This document shows positions 56,731 through 64,000 of a stretch of DNA of 64,000 nt, one piece after another. Every line of letters starts with the position of its first letter. Position 1 is the stretch's first letter. The stretch comes from an uncultured Acetatifactor sp. (GTDB lineage: Bacteria; Bacillota; Clostridia; Lachnospirales; Lachnospiraceae). Location of the stretch: the NCBI GenBank assembly GCA_910585615.1, contig CAJUFO010000003.1, positions 18,380 through 82,379 of the forward strand, read 5' to 3'. The notes beneath the pieces are model-generated. The model had not been told where the DNA came from, made no database searches, and saw only the letters and a list, made by a program, of their open reading frames with translations. Both the position numbers and the translations under genes were made by a program.

Positions 56731-57636
56731 TTGAAGAGAATCAGGAAATACATACCTTTGTACATTATGGCAATTCCAGGGCTGGCCTATCTGGTAGTCA
56801 ACAATTATCTGCCCATGTTCGGCCTGGTGATTGCCTTTAAAAAGCTGGATTTCAGGCTGGGAATCTGGGACAGCCCCTGGGCCGGACTCCAGAATTTCAG
56901 CTTTCTGTTTCGGACAAAAGATGCCTTTATCATCACACGGAACACCATCCTTTATAATGCTGCGTTTATAGTGGTGGGTACAGTGCTGGCAATAGCCATT
57001 GCCATATTGCTCAATGAAATCAGAAGCAGACTGGCTTCCAGGCTCTATCAAAGCATTCTTCTGATACCATATCTGATGAGCTGGGTTGTGGTAGGATACC
57101 TGGCGTTTGCGTTCCTGTCCTCTGATACAGGTTATCTGAACAAGGCCCTTTTAAGGCCCCTAGGCCTTCAGGAAGTCTCATGGTATATGGAGAAGAAATA
57201 CTGGCCATTTATCCTCATCCTTGTGAATCAGTGGAAAAATATCGGTTTTACTATGGTAGTATACCTGGCCAGTATTGTAGGAATCAATAAGGAATATTTT
57301 GAGGCAGCCCGGATTGATGGGGCGGGCAAGTGGAAGCAGGTGCGGTATATTACACTGCCGCTTCTGAAACCCACAGTAATCACTCTGACCCTGCTCAATA
57401 TCGGTCGTATTTTCTATTCGGATTTCGGGCTGTTCTATCAGGTTCCCCGTAATTCGGGGATGCTCTATGATGTCACCAGGACCATAGACGTGTATGTCTA
57501 CAATGCCCTGATGAAGAATACGGATTATGCCATGGCCTCCGCCGCCAGCTTCTATCAGTCGGTGGTGGGATTTGTACTGATTATAGGGGCGAATCTGGTA
57601 ATCCGGAAAGTAAACAGAGAGAACGCTCTGTTCTAG
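56731..57636 (+). CDS. Sugar ABC permease (LplB-like)
   Basis: YLPMFGLVIAFK, EAARIDGA and DFGLFYQVP; TTG start after GGAGG. Confidence 0.92.
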   Translation: MKRIRKYIPLYIMAIPGLAYLVVNNYLPMFGLVIAFKKLDFRLGIWDSPWAGLQNFSFLFRTKDAFIITRNTILYNAAFIVVGTVLAIAIAILLNEIRSRLASRLYQSILLIPYLMSWVVVGYLAFAFLSSDTGYLNKALLRPLGLQEVSWYMEKKYWPFILILVNQWKNIGFTMVVYLASIVGINKEYFEAARIDGAGKWKQVRYITLPLLKPTVITLTLLNIGRIFYSDFGLFYQVPRNSGMLYDVTRTIDVYVYNALMKNTDYAMASAASFYQSVVGFVLIIGANLVIRKVNRENALF

Positions 57637-57655
57637 GAAGGGAGGTATCGCGGGA

Positions 57656-58555
57656 ATGTATACACGACAAGACAAGATAGCAGAAAGAATAGCCCATGTG
57701 GTCCTGGCGCTGGCATCCGCCTTGGCATTGCTGCCTTTTCTGCTGCTGGTGATGGCTTCTTTTACGGACAATAGCGTGGCAGTGGTGGAGGGCTACCGCT
57801 TTTTCCCGAAAAAATACAGCCTGGAGGCCTACGCCTACATTCTCCAGGAGTGGACAACCATAGGACGTGCCTATGGGGTAACAATCTTCGTGACGGTAGC
57901 GGGAACTGCCGTGAGCCTGTGTATCTCCTCCATGCTGGCCTATGTGCTGTCCCGGCGGGATCTGCCCGGTGGGAGGATATTGAATTTCCTAGTGGTATTT
58001 ACCATGCTGTTTAACGGTGGAATCGTATCCAGCTATTTCCTGTATACCAATGTGTTCCATATCAAGAATACCATTTTTGCACTGCTGGTACCAGGGCTGC
58101 TGATGGGAGCTTTTAACCTGGTCCTCATGAGGAATTACTTTACCACCAATATCCCGGAGGCCTTGACGGAAGCGGCCAGGATAGACGGGGCCTCAGAGTG
58201 GACTGCATTTGCCAGGGTAGTCATGCCGCTTTCCATGCCCATCCTAGCCACCATAGGGCTGATGACAGCCATCGGATACTGGAATGACTGGACCAATGGG
58301 TTATATTATCTGGATGATCGGAATGGCAGCCACTTATATAGCATACAGAATGTACTGAATCGGATGAATGAGAATATCAGTTTCCTGGCCAATAATTCTT
58401 CCCAGATGGGAGGGGTGATGCAGACGGGCAACCTGCCCACCACGACCATGCGCATGGCTATCGCGGTGGTGGGAATTCTCCCTATCCTGGCGGCATATCC
58501 CTTTTTCCAGAAGTATTTTGTGAAGGGGATTATCATAGGATCTGTGAAGGGATGA
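57656..58555 (+). CDS. Sugar ABC permease (LplC-like)
   Basis: TMLFNGGIV, EAARIDGAS, YWNDW and YPFFQKYFVKGI..GSVKG. Confidence 0.92.
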   Translation: MYTRQDKIAERIAHVVLALASALALLPFLLLVMASFTDNSVAVVEGYRFFPKKYSLEAYAYILQEWTTIGRAYGVTIFVTVAGTAVSLCISSMLAYVLSRRDLPGGRILNFLVVFTMLFNGGIVSSYFLYTNVFHIKNTIFALLVPGLLMGAFNLVLMRNYFTTNIPEALTEAARIDGASEWTAFARVVMPLSMPILATIGLMTAIGYWNDWTNGLYYLDDRNGSHLYSIQNVLNRMNENISFLANNSSQMGGVMQTGNLPTTTMRMAIAVVGILPILAAYPFFQKYFVKGIIIGSVKG

Positions 58556-58603
58556 AAAAGGGCAGGTAGGGATGCCTTTTGGGGACATGTGCGGAGGTAT
58601 GAT

Positions 58604-61360
58604 ATGGAATATGGCAGTAGAAGGAACCGGCTTCTGGAGGTGCTATCGGGAAAGGCAGAGAATTATCTGTATCCGCTGTTCTGGCAGCATGGGGACCAGA
58701 AGGAGGTTCTGGAAGAATATGTGGAGAAAATCAAGGAAAGCGGTTGTGGGGCTTTCTGTGTGGAGTCCAGGCCCCATCCGGACTTCCTGGGGGAAGGCTG
58801 GTGGCGTGACCTGGGGATTCTCCTTGGGAAGGCAGAGGAGCTTGGCATGAAGGTGTGGATTCTGGATGATTCCCATTTTCCCACAGGATATGCAGGTGGC
58901 AGAGTAAAAGAAGCGCCGGAGAACCTGCGGCAGTGGTTCCTGAGACACCGGGAGATGGACATTCCCGGGCCAGTGGACGGGAAAATTGCCATAGGGCCGT
59001 TCTCGGGCGAGCGGCAGGGGATAGTAGGAGACGGCGAGCAGCTAGTATCTGCTGTATTGGTAAAGCGGTGCGGCGGGAAGGATTTCGCCTCTGATGGGAG
59101 ATTCTGGAATCTGACCGGACAGGTGAGGGACGGATGGCTTCTTTTGAAACTGCCCAAAGGACAGTACAGGCTTTATGTAATTGTCCGGTGCAGAGGGGAG
59201 GAGGGGCCTTTTGCGGACTATATAGACATGACAAATCCGGAATCAGTCAAGATACTGCTTGCGGAGACTTATGAAAAGCACTATCAGCATTTCGGCCATG
59301 AATTTGGCAGGACAATCACCGGATTTTTCTCGGATGAGCCGGGTTTCTACAATTCGGACCACTGGAGCGGGTATTCCTTCCGCTGCCAGATTGGCGCCGA
59401 TATGCGCATCCCTTGGAACCCCTATATCAGCCAGGCTTTCCAGGAGAAGCTGAAAAAAGAAAAGATACTCAAAAAGGCCCTGGTCTATCTGCCGAAAGGG
59501 GATGTCCCCGGGAGCATTGGAAGTAAAGAAGAATCCAGGATGCAGGCGCTTCTGCCCTGCCTGTGGTTTCCCTGCGGAGGGTATACCGAGGAAATCCGGG
59601 CAGCCTATATGGATGTCCTGACTACTCTTTACCAGGAAAATTTTACCGGGCAGCTGGCGGCATGGTGCAGACAGCATGGCGTGGAATATGTGGGGCATGT
59701 GATTGAGGACAATAACGCGCATTGCAGGCTGGGATCTGGACCAGGACACTATTTCCGTGCTGTGGGTGGCCAGGATATAGCAGGAATTGATGTGGTGTTA
59801 CAGCAGGTACTTCCCGGGCAGGACTACCTGCAATTCGGCATGTCTTCCAGAGGCGTACAGGATGGAGCTTTCCAGCACTACGGACTGGGAAAGCTGGGCG
59901 CTTCCCTGGCGCACCAGGCACTTCACACCAGGGGACGGGCAATGTGCGAGATTTATGGGGCCTATGGGTGGGCGGAGGGGATTGGACGGATGAAATGGCT
60001 GGCAGACCATATGCTGGTGCGGGGAATCAACCTGTTTGTACCCCATGCCTTTTCGGAGAAAGCTTTTCCGGATCCGGATTGTCCCCCTCATTTTTATGCA
60101 CATGGCCACAATCCCCAATACCCATACATAAAGGAACTGTTTCCTTATATGAACAGGATGTGCCATCTGCTAAGCGGCGGGAAGCCGATGATTCGTGTAG
60201 GCGTCCTGTACCATGGGGAGTCGGAATGGCTTGGCAGGAGCGTATATTTCCATACCATCGGGCAGGTTCTGATGCAGCATCAGATTGACTATGACGTGGT
60301 CTGGATGGATCAGCTGGAGCATGCGGTGGCTGAAAACGGGGTAATCAAATCCGGTCTGCTGGAGATTACTTGTCTGTTGATTCCCCTGGCGGACCGGTAT
60401 CCGGACAAAGTTAAAGTTTATGTGGCAGACTGTGCTCAAAAAGGCGTACAGGTGTATCAGGTGCTGGATGAACTGCCCGGGAACAGCAGGGAGGGAGAGT
60501 TGTGGGACTTCTCTGACGACAGGGAGGGGGAGCGGCTGATAAACTGTATCCAGATAGGCCTGGATCAGTTGGCGGATACCTTATACGCAAAAGCAGGGGA
60601 ACTGCACTTGGAGGCAGAAGGACAGGAGGATGCCGCAAAATGGCTCAGGTATTACCACTATATCATGGAGGACGGAAGGCATTGTTACATGCTGTTCCAG
60701 GAGTCCATGACAGAGGGCATATGCGGTTGGGCGAGACTGCCGGTGATGGAGTGCCTGAAACGCTACGACGGCATGGCAAACAGGCTGTACCAGGTCTCCT
60801 GCCATGGGGAGAGATTCTTCTTAAAGCTGTTTCCAGGGGAGGCGGCGGTATACCTGGCTGGTCGTCCGGATTCCGTTTCCGCACAGGAGGAACACGAAAG
60901 TACCTACAGGAATATGGACGCAGCCATACAGGCAGACTTGGGGACATGGCAGACCCCTGACTGTATAGTCAGGATTTCCCTGGCAGAGTACAGGAATCCA
61001 GAGACATTTTATATGGTGGAGGATGTGGAGAATGCGCTTCTCTCACAGACACACAGTATCCCTCTCGATTTCTCCGGGATGATTCGCTATGAGACAGAGT
61101 GGGATATGACAGGGGAGGAACTGGGAATCCTCCATCTGGGGCAGTGCAGGGAGGCCGCCAGGGTATGGGTCAACGGCAGGGACGTGGGAGTGCGTATGGG
61201 ATACCCCTACTATTATGAGATGGCAGATGCCTGGGTACCTGGCAGGAACCGGATTCGGGTAGAGGTGCCCACCACTCTGGCCCATGCCCTGTGTGACTGC
61301 TTTTCCAGGAATATGGTGGTAGTTTCCGAAGGGCTGGACGGTCCTATGCAATTCAAATAG
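58604..61360 (+). CDS. Glycoside hydrolase, GH106-like (putative alpha-L-rhamnosidase)
   Basis: YPLFWQHG, VESRPH, WILDDSHFPTG, GFFSDEP, AMCEIYGAYGW, DHMLVRGIN..VPHAF and a C-terminal beta-sandwich. Confidence 0.7.
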   Translation: MEYGSRRNRLLEVLSGKAENYLYPLFWQHGDQKEVLEEYVEKIKESGCGAFCVESRPHPDFLGEGWWRDLGILLGKAEELGMKVWILDDSHFPTGYAGGRVKEAPENLRQWFLRHREMDIPGPVDGKIAIGPFSGERQGIVGDGEQLVSAVLVKRCGGKDFASDGRFWNLTGQVRDGWLLLKLPKGQYRLYVIVRCRGEEGPFADYIDMTNPESVKILLAETYEKHYQHFGHEFGRTITGFFSDEPGFYNSDHWSGYSFRCQIGADMRIPWNPYISQAFQEKLKKEKILKKALVYLPKGDVPGSIGSKEESRMQALLPCLWFPCGGYTEEIRAAYMDVLTTLYQENFTGQLAAWCRQHGVEYVGHVIEDNNAHCRLGSGPGHYFRAVGGQDIAGIDVVLQQVLPGQDYLQFGMSSRGVQDGAFQHYGLGKLGASLAHQALHTRGRAMCEIYGAYGWAEGIGRMKWLADHMLVRGINLFVPHAFSEKAFPDPDCPPHFYAHGHNPQYPYIKELFPYMNRMCHLLSGGKPMIRVGVLYHGESEWLGRSVYFHTIGQVLMQHQIDYDVVWMDQLEHAVAENGVIKSGLLEITCLLIPLADRYPDKVKVYVADCAQKGVQVYQVLDELPGNSREGELWDFSDDREGERLINCIQIGLDQLADTLYAKAGELHLEAEGQEDAAKWLRYYHYIMEDGRHCYMLFQESMTEGICGWARLPVMECLKRYDGMANRLYQVSCHGERFFLKLFPGEAAVYLAGRPDSVSAQEEHESTYRNMDAAIQADLGTWQTPDCIVRISLAEYRNPETFYMVEDVENALLSQTHSIPLDFSGMIRYETEWDMTGEELGILHLGQCREAARVWVNGRDVGVRMGYPYYYEMADAWVPGRNRIRVEVPTTLAHALCDCFSRNMVVVSEGLDGPMQFK

Positions 61361-61445
61361 AACATATACCAGCCCAAGGGGAGATACAGCTATTTTCGCT
61401 ATTCTGGCTTTTCCCCTTTCCGAAAGTAAATTGGCACTGCCACCC

Positions 61446-61485
61446 GAAATTAATGCTTGCCTGTCACCCCATTATGATATATAAT
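61446..61485 (+). promoter_or_regulatory. zapA promoter / right 40-bp direct repeat
   Basis: GAAATTAATGCTTGCCTGTCACCCCATTATGATATATAAT, 46 nt upstream of the zapA ATG. Confidence 0.85.
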
Positions 61486-61531
61486 ATGGATGGACAAAAG
61501 GGAAACATATTTTCACAAAAGGGGTGGGGGC

Positions 61532-61939
61532 ATGGCTTCGTCTTCCAAGACAGATACAGAGGTAATCATCGGCGGCAAGGTATTCACTCTGAGCGGTTAC
61601 GAAAGTGAAGAGTATTTACAAAAGGTAGCGTCCTATATCAACAACAAGATAAACGAGTACAGCAAGCTGGACGGGTTCAAGAGGCAGCCTGCGGATACCC
61701 AGGGGGTGCTGCTCCAGCTGAACATCGCCGATGACTATTTCAAGGCGAAGAAGCAGATATCCGCCCTGGAGGAGGACCTGGCGGCCAAGGACAAGGAGCT
61801 GTACGACCTGCGGCATGAGCTGATATCCACCCAGATTAAGCTGGAGGGCGTGGAGGAGCAGGTAAAGGCGCTCCAGAAGGCCCAGAACGAGGGCGAGAAA
61901 GAAATCGTGCGGCTGGAAACAGAGTTAAAGAAAAAGTAA
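61532..61939 (+). CDS. zapA: Cell division protein ZapA
   Basis: VIIGGKVFTLSGYESEEYLQKVASYIN...LNIADDYFK plus a coiled-coil tail. Confidence 0.9.
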   Translation: MASSSKTDTEVIIGGKVFTLSGYESEEYLQKVASYINNKINEYSKLDGFKRQPADTQGVLLQLNIADDYFKAKKQISALEEDLAAKDKELYDLRHELISTQIKLEGVEEQVKALQKAQNEGEKEIVRLETELKKK

Positions 61940-61941
61940 TA

Positions 61942-61973
61942 GGGGGCTGTCCGAATCCCGGACAGCTTCTTTC
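61942..61973 (+). terminator. Terminator-like hairpin after zapA
   Basis: GGGCTGTCCG...CGGACAGCTT stem followed by TCTTTC. Confidence 0.5.
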
Positions 61974-62014
61974 ATTATAGGTTGCCATAGGCTGCTGATG
62001 CAGGGGAGTTTTTT

Positions 62015-64000
62015 ATGGAAAAGAATGACAGAGTCGAACTGCTTTCGCCCGCCGGGAACGCGGCCGGGTTCTACGGGGCTGTCCATGCGGGCGCGGATGC
62101 CGTCTATCTGGCTGGAAACCAGTTCGGGGCCAGGGCCTACGCCGAGAATTTTGCCACAGAGGAGCTTCTGGAGTGCATCCGCTACGGACATCTCCTCGGG
62201 CGGAAAATCTATCTCACTGTGAACACGCTGCTGAAGAATCAGGAGATGAAGCAACTCCATGATTACCTGGCCCCCTTTTACGAAGCCGGGCTGGATGCGG
62301 TGATTGTTCAGGACTTAGGGGTCTTGCGCTTTATCCGGGAACATTTCCCCGGGCTGAAGCTCCATGTGAGCACGCAGATGACCATCTGCTCCCGCTGGGG
62401 AGCCTCTCTGCTGAAAGACATGGGCGCAATCCGCATCGTCCCCGCCAGGGAGTTGGGCCTGGAGGAGCTTATAACCATGAGGAAGGATTCCGGCATCCAG
62501 GTGGAGGCATTCGTCCATGGCGCCATGTGCTACTGCTATTCGGGACAATGCCTGTTCAGCAGCATCCTGGGGGGACGCAGCGGCAACAGAGGCCGCTGCG
62601 CCCAGCCCTGCCGTCTGCCCTATACGATAAGCGATGGGACAGGCTGCAAGGAATGTTATCCGCTGAGCCTGAAGGATATGTGCACTGTCGGGCATATCCC
62701 CCGGCTGATAGAGGCGGGCATCGATTCCTTCAAGATAGAAGGACGCATGAAGCGGCCGGAGTATACCGCCGGTGTGACGTATATCTATAGACGCTGCATC
62801 GACAATTATTATGCGCTGAGGAGCAGGATGGGGCCTCGGGAGGCCGCGGAAGCCTACGGCGTCAGCGAGGAAGACAGGAGGGCGCTGGCTTCCCTTTATG
62901 TGCGGGACGGCCTTCAGGACGGCTACTATTTCAGGCGTAACGGCCGGGATATGGTCAGCATCGACAGCCCCGCCTACCGCGAGAGCGATGAGCAGGCGCT
63001 GTCCCGGATACGGGAGAGATACCTGAATGCCCATTTGAAGCTGCCTGTGACGGTCAGGGCCTTTTTCCATGTGGGCAGGCCTGCGAAGGTAATTCTGGAA
63101 ACGGAATGCCCCTCTTCCATGGGACGTCTGTCTGCCGGGGCGGAGGGCGAGCCTGTGACACAGGCCATGAAGCAGCCCATCACAGAGGAAAATGTCCGAA
63201 AGCAGCTCTGCCGGCTGGGGGACAGCGCCTTTTACGCGGCCGGGGTCGAGGTTTCCATGGATCAGGACAGCTTCTACCCGCTGAAGCAGATCAATGAGCT
63301 GCGCAGGATGGCCGTGGCGCAGCTGGAGCGGGAAATCCTCCGGGCAAGAGGTTATCGGGAGAACGGACAGGGGGAAAGGACGGAGGAGGGCATGGCGGAA
63401 AAAATTGCCATGGCGGAAAAAATTGCCACGGCGGAAGAATGCACCACGGAATCGTCTTCGGATGCCGAACCGTCGAGCAGCAAGTCCGGAGACCCCTCTC
63501 CCCACAGCTATGCTTTCTATATCCGCACTGTGGGGCAGCTGAAGGCGCTGGGAGAATGGATTGGCGCAAATCCTCTGAATCGTCCCTGGCGAATCTATGT
63601 GGACGGCGACCTGCTCGCAGAGAGATGGACCGAGACAGCGGACCTTTGCCAGGGGCTTTCCGGCAGCGGGGCGCTGTTCGCGGCGCTTCCCTATATCCTG
63701 CGGGAGACGGACGGGGGATATCTGGAGGAATTGTATGAAAAAGTGAAGGAAAGCTGTCTTTTCCAAGGCTTCCTGGTCCGCTCCATGGATGGGCTGGGCT
63801 TTCTGCGGGAGAAGAAGAGCATTCCCAGGGAGAGGCTGCGTCCCACGGAAGGAGCCGCCCTGTCTGTCAGGACGGACGCAGGTGTCTACGTGTGGAACGA
63901 TTCCGCCCTGGAGGAGCTGTCCGGCCTGGCGGAGGGCTTTTGTCTGCCTTATGAGCTGAACGCCTCCGCCCAGAGGCATCTCTGCCAGGAGCTTCGTCAA
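62015..64000 (+). CDS. U32-family protein with DUF3656 region (RlhA-like), runs off the window
   Basis: ELLSPAGN...GADAVY...FGARA, HVSTQM, CYCYSGQC..SS..GGRSGNRGRCAQPCR and KIEGRMKRPEY. Absent from the ORF track because the stop lies outside the window. Confidence 0.92.
   Translation, partial: MEKNDRVELLSPAGNAAGFYGAVHAGADAVYLAGNQFGARAYAENFATEELLECIRYGHLLGRKIYLTVNTLLKNQEMKQLHDYLAPFYEAGLDAVIVQDLGVLRFIREHFPGLKLHVSTQMTICSRWGASLLKDMGAIRIVPARELGLEELITMRKDSGIQVEAFVHGAMCYCYSGQCLFSSILGGRSGNRGRCAQPCRLPYTISDGTGCKECYPLSLKDMCTVGHIPRLIEAGIDSFKIEGRMKRPEYTAGVTYIYRRCIDNYYALRSRMGPREAAEAYGVSEEDRRALASLYVRDGLQDGYYFRRNGRDMVSIDSPAYRESDEQALSRIRERYLNAHLKLPVTVRAFFHVGRPAKVILETECPSSMGRLSAGAEGEPVTQAMKQPITEENVRKQLCRLGDSAFYAAGVEVSMDQDSFYPLKQINELRRMAVAQLEREILRARGYRENGQGERTEEGMAEKIAMAEKIATAEECTTESSSDAEPSSSKSGDPSPHSYAFYIRTVGQLKALGEWIGANPLNRPWRIYVDGDLLAERWTETADLCQGLSGSGALFAALPYILRETDGGYLEELYEKVKESCLFQGFLVRSMDGLGFLREKKSIPRERLRPTEGAALSVRTDAGVYVWNDSALEELSGLAEGFCLPYELNASAQRHLCQELRQ

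Noticed and set aside
2087-63999. Many long antisense or alternative-frame ORFs in the track (e.g. 2087-3460, 3457-5202, 26054-28021, 28082-29737, 31694-33241, 62315-64000)
   Set aside because: They shadow well-supported genes, carry no recognisable motifs, and are expected in high-GC coding DNA.

Overview
64 kb of chromosome from a GC-rich Firmicute, most likely a gut Lachnospiraceae (inferred from gene order, protein families and codon style). Core genes (pepT, miaB, tcdA-like, pgi, rpsU, two D,D-carboxypeptidases, scpA/scpB, zapA, U32 protein) alternate with accessory blocks. (1) 0-6.8 kb: a GH2-linked corrinoid methyl-transfer cluster. The only corrinoid protein is fused in frame to an AraC regulator but keeps its own internal RBS and start. 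(2) 15.1-20.5 kb: a decaying patch with a BlaI/BlaR(M56)-like pair, several deletion chimeras and a divergent AAC(6')-APH(2'') bifunctional-type gene split by one extra base. (3) 30.7-36.5 kb: a leader-peptide/terminator region upstream of an ABC-DUF1854-ABC operon whose transporters carry Cys4 N-terminal extensions. (4) Two MNT/HEPN-type loci, one intact and one with a truncated partner. (5) 52.2-61.5 kb: a sugar-utilisation cassette bounded by 40-bp direct repeats that are copies of the zapA promoter. Several multi-hairpin intergenic elements are also present. I saw no rRNA, tRNA, CRISPR array, integrase or transposase. All family assignments come from recognised motifs; no database search was run.
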